DNA of 64,000 nt, from the NCBI GenBank assembly GCA_046563655.1, contig CM102284.1, forward strand, positions 7,812,001 through 7,876,000, read 5' to 3'. Made by a program: the position numbers and the translations under genes. This stretch comes from Yuukianura sp. NJ FZ-2021 (lineage: Eukaryota). How positions within the stretch are numbered: position 1 is the first letter of the stretch; the number at the start of each line of letters is the position of its first letter. This document shows, one piece after another, positions 49,801-62,559 of this stretch. Under the pieces are notes generated by a model. It was not told where the DNA came from, made no database searches, and worked only from the letters and a program-made list of their open reading frames with translations.

Positions 49801-52800
49801 GGGAGTTTTGAATGAAAATAATTAATTTTTTGACAACAATTGAGATTGGTTCACTTCAGATGGGCTTTCCGAGGCAAAATATCGGAGTGCAATTTTCAGT
49901 TCTCAGAAAGCTCAGAATGACTTTTTGGGGAGTTTTGAATGAAAAAAATTAATTTTTTGACAAAAGTTGAGCTTGGTTCACTTCAGATGGGCTTTCCGAG
50001 GCAAAATATCGGAGTGCAATTTTCAGTTCTCAGAAAGCTCAGAATGACTTTTTGGGGAGTTTTGAATGAAAAAAATTAATTTTTTGACAAAAGTTGAGCT
50101 TGGTTCACTTCAGATGTGCTTTCCGAGGCAAAATATAGGAGTGCAATTTTCAGTTCTCAGATAGCTCAGAATGACTTTTTGGGGAGTTTTGAATGAAAAA
50201 ATATTAATTTTTTGACAAAAGTTGAGCTTGGTTCACTTCAAATGTGCTTTCCGAGGCAAAATATCGGAGTGCAATTTTCAGTTCTCAGAAAGCTCAGAAT
50301 GACTTTTTGGGGAGTTTTGAATGAAAAAGAATGAATTTTTTGACAAAAGTTGAGCTTGGTTCACTTCAGATGGGCTTTCCGAGGCAAAATATCGGAGTGC
50401 AATTTTCAGTTCTCAGAAAGCTCAGAATGACTTTTTGGGGAGTTTTGAATGAAAAAGAATGAATTTTTTGACAAAAGTTGAGCTTGGTTCACTTCAGATG
50501 TGCTTTCCGAGGCAAAATATCGGAGTGCAATTTTCAGTTCTCAGATAGCTCAGAATGACTTTTTGGGGAGTTTTGAATGAAAAAGAATGAATTTTTTGAC
50601 AAAAATTGAGCTTGGGTCACTTCAGATGTGCTTTCCGAGGCAAAATATCGGAGTGCAATTTTCAGTTCTCAGAAAGCTCAGAATGACTTTTTGGGGAGTT
50701 TTGAATGAAAATAATTAATTTTTTGACAAAAATTGAGCTTGGTTCACTTCAGATGTGCTTTCCGAGGCAAAATATCGGAGTGCAATTTTCAGTTCTCAGA
50801 TAGCTCAGAATGACTTTTTGGGGAGTTTTGAATGAAAAAGAATGAATTTTTTGACAAAAGTTGAGCTTGGTTCACTTCAAATGTGCTTTCCGAGGCAAAA
50901 TATCGGAGTGCAATTTTCAGTTCTCAGATAGCTCAGAATGACTTTTTGGGGAGCTTTGAACGAAAAAAAATGGAATTTTTTGACAAAAATTGAGATTGGT
51001 TCACTTCAGATGGGCTTTCCGAGGCAAAATATCGGAGTGCAATTTTCAGTTCTCAGAAAGCTCAGAATGACTTTTTGGGGAGTTTTCAAGGAAAAAAAAA
51101 GATTTTTTGACAAAAATTGAGCTTGGTTCACTTCAGATGTGCTACCCGAGGCAAAATATCGGAGTGCAATTTTCAGTTCTCAGAAAGCTCAGAATGACTT
51201 TTTGGGGAGTTTTGAATGAAAAAAATAATTTTTTGACAAAAGTTGAGATTGGTTCACTTCAGATGTGCTTTCCGAGGCAAAATATCGGAGTGCAATTTTC
51301 AGTTCTCAGAAAGCTCAGAATGACTTTTTGGGGAGTTTTGAATGAAAATAATTAATTTTTTGACAAAAATTGAGATTGGTTCACTTCAGATGGGCTTTCC
51401 GAGGCAAAATATCGGAGTGCAATTTTCAGTTCTCAGAAAGCTCAGAATGACTTTTTGGGGAGTTTTGAATGAAAAAAATTAATTTTTTGACAAAAGTTGA
51501 GCTTGGTTCACTTCAGATGTGCTTTCCGAGGCAAAATATTGGAGTGCAATTTTCAGTTCTCAGATAGCTCAGAATGACTTTTTGGGGAGTTTTGAATGAA
51601 AAAAAATTAATTTTTTGACAAAAGTTGAGCTTGGTTCACTTCAAATGTGCTTTCCGAGGCAAAATATCGGAGTGCAATTTTCAGTTCTCAGAAAGCTCAG
51701 AATAACTTTTTGGGGAGTTTTGAATGAAAAAGAATGAATTTTTTGACAAAAGTTGAGCTTGGTTCACTTCAGATGGGCTTTCCTAGGCAAAATTACGGAG
51801 TGCAATTTTCAGTTCTCAGAAAGCTCAGAATGACTTTTTGGGGAGTTTTGAATGAAAAAGAATGAATTTTTTGACAAAAGTTGAGCTTGGTTCACTTCAG
51901 ATGTGCTTTCCGAGGCAAAATATCGGAGTGCAATTTTCAGTTCTCAGATAGCTCAGAATGACTTTTTGGGGAGTTTTGAATGAAAAAGAATGAATTTTTT
52001 GACAAAAATTGAGCTTGGGTCACTTCAGATGTGCTTTCCGAGGCAAAATATCGGAGTGCAATTTTCAGTTCTCAGATAGCTCAGAATGACTTTTTGGGGA
52101 GTTTTGAATGAAAAAGAATGAATTTTTTGACAAAAGTTGAGCTTGGTTCACTTCAAATGTGCTTTCCGAGGCAAAATATCGGAGTGCAATTTTCAGTTCT
52201 CAGATAGCTCAGAATGACTTTTTGGGGAGCTTTTGAACGAAAAAAAATGGAATTTTTTGACAAAAATTGAGATTGGTTCACTTCAGATGGGCTTTCCGAG
52301 GCAAAATATCGGAGTGCAATTTTCAGTTCTCGGAAAGCTCAGAATGACTTTTTGGGGAGTTTTCAATGAAAAAAATAGATTTTTTGACAAAAATTGAGCT
52401 TGGTTCACTTCAGATGTGCTTTCCGAGGCAAAATATCGGAGTGCAATTTTCAGTTCTCAGAAAGCTCAGAATGACTTTTGGGGAGTTTTGAATGAAAAAA
52501 ATTAATTTTTTGACAAAAATGGAGATTGGTTCACTTCAGATGTGCTTTCCGACGCAAAATATCGGAGTGCAATTTTCAGTTCTCAGAAAGCTCAGAATGA
52601 CTTTTTGGGGAGTTTTGAATGAAAATAATTAATTTTTTGACAAAAATTGAGATTGGTTCACTTCAGATGGGCTTTCCGAGGCAAAATATCGGAGTGCAAT
52701 TTTCAGTTCTCAGAAAGCTCAGAATGACTTTTGGGGAGTTTTGAATGAAAAAATTAATTTTTTGACAAAAGTTGAGCTTGGTTCACTTCAGATGTGCTTT

Positions 52801-55800
52801 CCGAGGCAAAATATTGGAGTGCAATTTTCAGTTCTCAGATAGCTCAGAATGACTTTTTGGGGAGTTTTGAATGAAAAAAAATTAATTTTTTGACAAAAGT
52901 TGAGCTTGGTTCACTTCAAATGTGCTTTCCGAGGCAAAATATCGGAGTGCAATTTTCAGTTCTCAGAAAGCTCAGAATAACTTTTTGGGGAGTTTTGAAT
53001 GAAAAAGAATGAATTTTTTGACAAAAGTTGAGCTTGGTTCACTTCAGATGGGCTTTCCGAGGCAAAATATCGGAGTGCAATTTTCAGTTCTCAGAAAGCT
53101 CAGAATGACTTTTTGGGGAGTTTTGAATGAAAAAGAATGAATTTTTTGACAAAAGTTGAGCTTGGTTCACTTCAGATGTGCTTTCCGAGGCAAAATATCG
53201 GAGTGCAATTTTCAGTTCTCAGATAGCTCAGAATGACTTTTTGGGGAGTTTTGAATGAAAAAGAATGAATTTTTTGACAAAAATTGAGCTTGGGTCACTT
53301 CAGATGTGCTTTCCGAGGCAAAATATCGGAGTGCAATTTTCAGTTCTCAGAAAGCTCAGAATGACTTTTTGGGGAGTTTTGAATGAAAATAATTAATTTT
53401 TTGACAAAAATTGAGCTTGGTTCACTTCAGATGTGCTTTCCGAGGCAAAATATCGGAGTGCAATTTTCAGTTCTCAGATAGCTCAGAATGACTTTTTGGG
53501 GAGTTTTGAATGAAAAAGAATGAATTTTTTGACAAAAGTTGAGCTTGGTTCACTTCAAATGTGCTTTCCGAGGCAAAATATCGGAGTGCAATTTTCAGTT
53601 CTCAGATAGCTCAGAATGACTTTTTGGGGAGCTTTGAACGAAAAAAAATGGAATTTTTTGACAAAAATTGAGATTGGTTCACTTCAGATGGGCTTTCCGA
53701 GGCAAAATATCGGAGTGCAATTTTCAGTTCTCAGAAAGCTCAGAATGACTTTTTGGGGAGTTTGGAATGAAAAAAAATTGATTTTTTGACAAAAATTGAG
53801 CTTGGTTCACTTCAGATGTGCTTTCCGAGGCAAAATATCGGAGTGCAATTTTCAGTTCTCAGAAAGCTCAGAATGACTTTTGGGGAGTTTTGAATGAAAA
53901 AAAAATAATTTTTTGACAAAAGTTGAGACTGGTTCACTTCAGATGTGCTTTCCGAGGCAAAATATCGGAGTGCAATTTTCAGTTCTCAGAAAGCTCAGAA
54001 TGACTTTTTGGGGAGTTTTGAATGAAAATAATTAATTTTTTGACAAAAATTGAGATTGGTTCACTTCAGATGGGCTTTCCGAGGCAAAATATCGGAGTGC
54101 AATTTTCAGTTCTCAGAAAGCTCTGAATGACTTTTGGGGAGTTTTGAATGAAAAAAATTAATTTTTTGACAAAAGTTGAGCTTGGTTCACTTCAGATGTG
54201 CTTTCCGAGGCAAAATATTGGAGTGCAATTTTCAGTTCTCAGATAGCTCAGAATGACTTTTTGGGGAGTTTTGAATGAAAAAGAATGAATTTTTTGACAA
54301 AAGTTGAGCTTGGTTCACTTCAAATGTGCTTTCCGAGGCAAAATATCGGAGTGCAATTTTCAGTTCTCAGATAGCTCAGAATGACTTTTTGGGGAGCTTT
54401 GAACGAAAAAAAATGGAATTTTTTGACAAAAATTGAGATTGGTTCACTTCAGATGGGCTTTCCGAGGCAAAATATCGGAGTGCAATTTTCAGTTCTCAGA
54501 AAGCTCAGAATGACTTTTTGGGGAGTTTTGAATGAAAATATTTAATTTTTTGACAAAAATTGTGATTGGTTCACTTCAGATGGGCTTTCCGAGGCAAAAT
54601 ATCGGAGTGCAATTTTCAGTTCTCAGAAAGCTCAGAATGACTTTTTGGGGAGTTTTGAATGAAAAAAATTAATTTTTTGACAAAAGTTGAGCTTGGTTCA
54701 CTTCAGATGTGCTTTCCGAGGCAAAATATTGGAGTGCAATTTTCAGTTCTCAGATAGCTCAGAATGACTTTTTGGGGAGTTTTGAATGAAAAAAAATTAA
54801 TTTTTTGACAAAAGTTGAGCTTGGTTCACTTCAAATGTGCTTTCCGAGGCAAAATATCGGAGTGCAATTTTCAGTTCTCAGAAAGCTCAGAATAACTTTT
54901 TGGGGAGTTTTGAATGAAAAAGAATGAATTTTTTGACAAAAGTTGAGCTTGGTTCACTTCAGATGGGCTTTCCGAGGCAAAATATCGGAGTGCAATTTTC
55001 AGTTCTCAGAAAGCTCAGAATGACTTTTTGGGGAGTTTTGAATGAAAAAGAATGAATTTTTTGACAAAAGTTGAGCTTGGTTCACTTCAGATGTGCTTTC
55101 CGAGGCAAAATATCGGAGTGCAATTTTCAGTTCTCAGATAGCTCAGAATGACTTTTTGGGGAGTTTTGAATGAAAAAGAATGAATTTTTTGACAAAAATT
55201 GAGCTTGGGTCACTTCAGATGTGCTTTCCGAGGCAAAATATCGGAGTGCAATTTTCAGTTCTCAGAAAGCTCAGAATGACTTTTTGGGGAGTTTTGAATG
55301 AAAATAATTAATTTTTTGACAAAAATTGAGCTTGGTTCACTTCAGATGTGCTTTCCGAGGCAAAATATCGGAGTGCAATTTTCAGTTCTCAGATAGCTCA
55401 GAATGACTTTTTGGGGAGTTTTGAATGAAAAAGAATGAATTTTTTGACAAAAGTTGAGCTTGGTTCACTTCAAATGTGCTTTCCGAGGCAAAATATCGGA
55501 GTGCAATTTTCAGTTCTCAGATAGCTCAGAATGACTTTTTGGGGAGCTTTGAACGAAAAAAAATGGAATTTTTTGACAAAAATTGAGATTGGTTCACTTC
55601 AGATGGGCTTTCCGAGGCAAAATATCGGAGTGCAATTTTCAGTTCTCAGAAAGCTCAGAATGACTTTTTGGGGAGTTTTCAATGAAAAAAATAGATTTTT
55701 TGACAAAAATTGAGCTTGGTTCACTTCAGATGTGCTTTCCGAGGCAAAATATCGGAGTGCAATTTTCAGTTCTCAGATAGCTCAGAATGACTTTTGGGGA

Positions 55801-58800
55801 GTTTTGAATGAAAAAAATGGAATTTTTTGACAAAAGTTGAGACTGGTTCACTTCAGATGTGCTTTCCGAGGCAAAATATCGGAGTGCAATTTTCAGTTCT
55901 CAGAAAGCTCAGAATGACTTTTTGGGGAGTTTTGAATGAAAATAATTAATTTTTTGACAAAAATTGAGATTGGTTCACTTCAGATGGGCTTTCCGAGGCA
56001 AAATATCGGAGTGCAATTTTCAGTTCTCAGAAAGCTCTGAATGACTTTTGGGGAGTTTTGAATGAAAAAAATTAATTTTTTGACAAAAGTTGAGCTTGGT
56101 TCACTTCAGATGTGCTTTCCGAGGCAAAATATTGGAGTGCAATTTTCAGTTCTCAGATAGCTCAGAATGACTTTTTGGGGAGTTTTGAATGAAAAAGAAT
56201 GAATTTTTTGACAAAAGTTGAGCTTGGTTCACTTCAAATGTGCTTTCCGAGGCAAAATATCGGAGTGCAATTTTCAGTTCTCAGATAGCTCAGAATGACT
56301 TTTTGGGGAGCTTTGAATGAAAATAATGGAATTTTTTGACAAAAATTGAGATTGGTTCACTTCAGATGGGCTTTCCGAGGCAAAATATCGGAGTGCAATT
56401 TTCAGTTCTCGGAAAGCTCAGAATGACTTTTTGGGGAGTTTTCAATGAAAAAAATAGATTTTTTGACAAAAATTGAGCTTGGTTCACTTCAGATGTGCTT
56501 TCCGAGGCAAAATATCGGAGTGCAATTTTCAGTTCTCAGAAAGCTCAGAATGACTTTTGGGGAGTTTTGAATGAAAAAAAAATAATTTTTTGACAAAAGT
56601 TGAGATTGGTTCACTTCAGATGGGCTTTCCGAGGCAAAATATCGGAGTGCAATTTTCAGTTCTCGGATAGCTCAGAATGACTTTTTGGGGAGTTTTCAAT
56701 GAAAAAAATGGAATCTTTTGACAAAAATTGAGATTGGTTCACTTCAGATGTGCTTTCCGAGGCAAAATATCGGAGTGCAATTTTCAGTTCTCAGAAAGCT
56801 CAGAATGACTTTTTGGGGAGTTTTGAATGAAAATAATTAAAATTTTGACAAAAATTGAGATTGGTTCACTTCAGATGGGCTTTCCGAGGCAAAATATCGG
56901 AGTGCAATTTTCAGTTCTCAGAAAGCTCAGAATGACTTTTTGGGGAGTTTTGAATGAAAAAGAATGAATTTTTTGACAAAAGTTGAGCTTGGTTCACTTC
57001 AGATGGGCTTTCCGAGGCAAAATATCGGAGTGCAATTTTCAGTTCTCAGAAAGCTCAGAATGACTTTTTGGGGAGTTTTGAATGAAAAAGAATGAATTTT
57101 TTGACAAAAGTTGAGCTTGGTTCACTTCAGATGTGCTTTCCGAGGCAAAATATCGGAGTGCAATTTTCAGTTCTCAGAAAGCTCAGAATGACTTTTTGGG
57201 GAGTTTTGAATGAAAATAATTAATTTTTTGACAAAAATTGAGATTGGTTCACTTCAGATGGGCTTTCCGAGGCAAAATATCGGAGTGCAATTTTCAGTTC
57301 TCAGAAAGCTCAGAATGACTTTTTGGGGAGTTTTGAATGAAAAAGAATGAATTTTTTGACAAAAGTTGAGCTTGGTTCACTTCAGATGTGCTTTCCGAGG
57401 CAAAATATCGGAGTGCAATTTTCAGTTCTCAGAAAGCTCAGAATGACTTTTTGGGGAGTTTTGAATGAAAAAAATTAATTTTTTGACAAAAATTGAGATT
57501 GGTTTACTTCAGATGGGCTTTCCGAGGCAAAATATCGGAGTGCAATTTTCAGTTCTCAGATAGCTCAGAATGACTTTTTGGGGAGTTTTCAATGAAAAAA
57601 TGGATTTTTTGACAAAAATTGAGATTGGTTCACTTCAGATTGGCTTTGCGAGGCAAAATATCGGAGTGCAATTTTCAGTTCTCAGATAGCTCAGAATGAC
57701 TTTTTGGGGAGCTTTGAATGAACAAAATGGAATTTTTTGACAAAAATTGAGATTGGTTCACTTCAGATGGGCTTTCCGAGGCAAAATATCGGAGTGCAAT
57801 TTTCAGTTCTCAGATAGCTCAGAATGACTTTTTGGGGAGCTTTGAATGAAAAAAATTGATTTTTTGACAAAAATTGAGATTGGTTCACTTCAGATTGGCT
57901 TTGCGAGGCAAAATATCGGAGTGCAATTTTCAGTTCTCAGAAAGCTCAGAATGACTTTTTGGGGAGTTTTGAATGAAAATAATTAATTTTTTGACAACAA
58001 TTGAGATTGGTTCACTTCAGATGGGCTTTCCGAGGCAAAATATCGGAGTGCAATTTTCAGTTCTCAGAAAGCTCAGAATGACTTTTGGGGAGTTTTAAAT
58101 GAAAAAAATTAATTTTTTGACAAAAGTTGAGCTTGGTTCACTTCAGATGGGCTTTCCGAGGCAAAATATCGGAGTGCAATTTTCAGTTCTCAGAAAGCTC
58201 AGAATGACTTTTGGGGAGTTTTGAATGAAAAAAATTAATTTTTTGACAAAAGTTGAGCTTGGTTCACTTCAGATGTGCTTTCCGAGGCAAAATATTGGAG
58301 TGCAATTTTCAGTTCTCAGATAGCTCAGAATGACTTTTTGGGGAGTTTTGAATGAAAAAATATTAATTTTTTGACAAAAGTTGAGCTTGGTTCACTTCAA
58401 ATGTGCTTTCCGAGGCAAAATATCGGAGTGCAATTTTCAGTTCTCAGAAAGCTCAGAATGACTTTTTGGGGAGTTTTGAATGAAAAAGAATGAATTTTTT
58501 GACAAAAGTTGAGCTTGGTTCACTTCAGATGGGCTTTCCGAGGCAAAATATCGGAGTGCAATTTTCAGTTCTCAGAAAGCTCAGAATGACTTTTTGGGGA
58601 GTTTTGAATGAAAAAGAATGAATTTTTTGACAAAAGTTGAGCTTGGTTCACTTCAGATGTGCTTTCCGAGGCAAAATATCGGAGTGCAATTTTCAGTTCT
58701 CAGATAGCTCAGAATGACTTTTTGGGGAGTTTTGAATGAAAAAGAATGAATTTTTTGACAAAAATTGAGCTTGGGTCACTTCAGATGTGCTTTCCGAGGC

Positions 58801-61800
58801 AAAATATCGGAGTGCAATTTTCAGTTCTCAGAAAGCTCAGAATGACTTTTTGGGGAGTTTTGAATGAAAATAATTAATTTTTTGACAAAAATTGAGCTTG
58901 GTTCACTTCAGATGTGCTTTCCGAGGCAAAATATCGGAGTGCAATTTTCAGTTCTCAGATAGCTCAGAATGACTTTTTGGGGAGTTTTGAATGAAAAAGA
59001 ATGAATTTTTTGACAAAAGTTGAGCTTGGTTCACTTCAAATGTGCTTTCCGAGGCAAAATATCGGAGTGCAATTTTCAGTTCTCAGATAGCTCAGAATGA
59101 CTTTTTGGGGAGCTTTGAACGAAAAAAAATGGAATTTTTTGACAAAAATTGAGATTGGTTCACTTCAGATGGGCTTTCCGAGGCAAAATATCGGAGTGCA
59201 ATTTTCAGTTCTCAGAAAGCTCAGAATGACTTTTTGGGGAGTTTTCAAGGAAAAAAAAAGATTTTTTGACAAAAATTGAGCTTGGTTCACTTCAGATGTG
59301 CTACCCGAGGCAAAATATCGGAGTGCAATTTTCAGTTCTCAGAAAGCTCAGAATGACTTTTTGGGGAGTTTTGAATGAAAAAAAATAATTTTTTGACAAA
59401 AGTTGAGATTGGTTCACTTCAGATGTGCTTTCCGAGGCAAAATATCGGAGTGCAATTTTCAGTTCTCAGAAAGCTCAGAATGACTTTTTGGGGAGTTTTG
59501 AATGAAAATAATTAATTTTTTGACAAAAATTGAGATTGGTTCACTTCAGATGGGCTTTCCGAGGCAAAATATCGGAGTGCAATTTTCAGTTCTCAGAAAG
59601 CTCAGAATGACTTTTGGGGAGTTTTGAATGAAAAAAATTAATTTTTTGACAAAAGTTGAGCTTGGTTCACTTCAGATGTGCTTTCCGAGGCAAAATATTG
59701 GAGTGCAATTTTCAGTTCTCAGATAGCTCAGAATGACTTTTTGGGGAGTTTTGAATGAAAAAGAATGAATTTTTTGACAAAAGTTGAGCTTGGTTCACTT
59801 CAAATGTGCTTTCCGAGGCAAAATATCGGAGTGCAATTTTCAGTTCTCAGATAGCTCAGAATGACTTTTTGGGGAGCTTTGAACGAAAAAAAATGGAATT
59901 TTTTGACAAAAATTGAGATTGGTTCACTTCAGATGGGCTTTCCGAGGCAAAATATCGGAGTGCAATTTTCAGTTCTCAGAAAGCTCAGAATGACTTTTTG
60001 GGGAGTTTGGAATGAAAAAAAATTGATTTTTTGACAAAAATTGAGCTTGGTTCACTTCAGATTGGCTTTGCGAGGCAAAATATCGGAGAGCAATTTTCAG
60101 TTCTCAGAAAGCTCAGAATGACTTTTTGGGGAGTTTTGAATGAAAAAAAAATAATTTTTTGACAAAAGTTGAGATTGGTTCACTTCAGATTGGCTTTCCG
60201 AGGCAAAATATCGGAGTGCAATTTTCAGTTCTCAGAAAGCTCAGAATGACTTTTTGGGGAGTTTTGAATGAAAATAATTAATTTTTTGACAAAAATTGAG
60301 ATTGGTTCACTTCAGATGGGCTTTCCGAGGCAAAATATCGGAGTGCAATTTTCAGTTCTCAGAAAGCTCAGAATGACTTTTTGGGGAGTTTTGAATGAAA
60401 AAGAATGAATTTTTTGACAAAAGTTGAGCTTGGTTCACTTCAGATGGGCTTTCCGAGGCAAAATATCGGAGTGCAATTTTCAGTTCTCAGAAAGCTCAGA
60501 ATGACTTTTTGGGGAGTTTTGAATGAAAAAGAATGAATTTTTTGACAAAAGTTGAGCTTGGTTCACTTCAGATGTGCTTTCCGAGGCAAAATATCGGAGT
60601 GCAATTTTCAGTTCTCAGATAGCTCAGAATGACTTTTTGGGGAGTTTTGAATGAAAAAGAATGAATTTTTTGACAAAAATTGAGCTTGGGTCACTTCAGA
60701 TGTGCTTTCCGAGGCAAAATATCGGAGTGCAATTTTCAGTTCTCAGAAAGCTCAGAATGACTTTTTGGGGAGTTTTGAATGAAAATAATTAATTTTTTGA
60801 CAAAAATTGAGCTTGGTTCACTTCAGATGTGCTTTCCGAGGCAAAATATCGGAGTGCAATTTTCAGTTCTCAGATAGCTCAGAATGACTTTTTGGGGAGT
60901 TTTGAATGAAAAAGAATGAATTTTTTGACAAAAGTTGAGCTTGGTTCACTTCAAATGTGCTTTCCGAGGCAAAATATCGGAGTGCAATTTTCAGTTCTCA
61001 GATAGCTCAGAATGACTTTTTGGGGAGCTTTGAACGAATAAAATGGAATTTTTTGACAAAAATTGAGATTGGTTCACTTCAGATGGGCTTTCCGAGGCAA
61101 AATATCGGAGTGCAATTTTCAGTTCTCAGAAAGCTCAGAATGACTTTTTGGGGAGTTTTCAATGAAAAAAATAGATTTTTTGACAAAAATTGAGCTTGGT
61201 TCACTTCAGATGTGCTTTCCGAGGCAAAATATCGGAGTGCAATTTTCAGTTCTCAGAAAGCTCAGAATGACTTTTGGGGAGTTTTGAATGAAAAAAAAAT
61301 AATTTTTTGACAAAAGTTGAGATTGGTTCACTTCAGATGTGCTTTCCGAGGCAAAATATCGGAGTGCAATTTTCAGTTCTCAGAAAGCTCAGAATGACTT
61401 TTTGGGGAGTTTTGAATGAAAATAATTAATTTTTTGACAAAAATTGAGATTGGTTCACTTCAGATGGGCTTTCCGAGGCAAAATATCGGAGTGCAATTTT
61501 CAGTTCTCAGAAAGCTCAGAATGACTTTTGGGGAGTTTTGAATGAAAAAAATTAATTTTTTGACAAAAGTTGAGCTTGGTTCACTTCAGATGTGCTTTCC
61601 GAGGCAAAATATTGGAGTGCAATTTTCAGTTCTCAGATAGCTCAGAATGACTTTTTGGGGAGTTTTGAATGAAAAAGAATGAATTTTTTGACAAAAGTTG
61701 AGCTTGGTTCACTTCAAATGTGCTTTCCGAGGCAAAATATCGGAGTGCAATTTTCAGTTCTCAGATAGCTCAGAATGACTTTTTGGGGAGCTTTGAACGA

Positions 61801-62559
61801 AAAAAAATGGAATTTTTTGACAAAAATTGAGATTGGTTCACTTCAGATGGGCTTTCCGAGGCAAAATATCGGAGTGCAATTTTCAGTTCTCAGAAAGCTC
61901 AGAATGACTTTTTGGGGAGTTTGGAATGAAAAAATTGATTTTTTGACAAAAATTGAGCTTGGTTCACTTCAGATGTGCTTTCCGAGGCAAAATATCGGAG
62001 TGCAATTTTCAGTTCTCAGAAAGCTCAGAATGACTTTTGGGGAGTTTTGAATGAAAAAAATTAATTTTTTGACAAAAATTGAGATTGGTTCACTTCAGAT
62101 GTGCTTTCCGAGGCAAAATATCGGAGTGCAATTTTCAGTTCTCAGAAAGCTCAGAATGACTTTTTGGGGAGTTTTGAATGAAAATAATTAATTTTTTGAC
62201 AAAAATTGAGATTGGTTCACTTCAGATGGGCTTTCCGAGGCAAAATATCGGAGTGCAATTTTCAGTTCTCAGAAAGCTCAGAATGACTTTTGGGGAGTTT
62301 TGAATGAAAAAAATTAATTTTTTGACAAAAGTTGAGCTTGGTTCACTTCAGATGTGCTTTCCGAGGCAAAATATTGGAGTGCAATTTTCAGTTCTCAGAT
62401 AGCTCAGAATGACTTTTTGGGGAGTTTTGAATGAAAAAGAATGAATTTTTTGACAAAAGTTGAGCTTGGTTCACTTCAAATGTGCTTTCCGAGGCAAAAT
62501 ATCGGAGTGCAATTTTCAGTTCTCAGATAGCTCAGAATGACTTTTTGGGGAGCTTTGAA
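40893..62559 (+). repeat. Satellite DNA array (right subfamily), ~127-128-bp monomer, roughly 165 copies
   Basis: Same monomer backbone with diagnostic variants GTTTTGAATG, AAAAAGAATG/AAAATAATTA, AAAAGTTGAG, GAGATTGG, ATGTGCTTT, CAGATAGCTC. Confidence 0.98.
42275..42673. mobile_element. hAT-family MITE inserted in the satellite
   Basis: 14-bp TIR CAGTGTTGCTGGAT / ATCCAGCAACACTG; 8-bp TSD AAACGAAT / AAAAGAAT (one mismatch); subterminal TGGAT/CCACTGGATATCCAG motifs; AT-rich centre. Confidence 0.92.
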
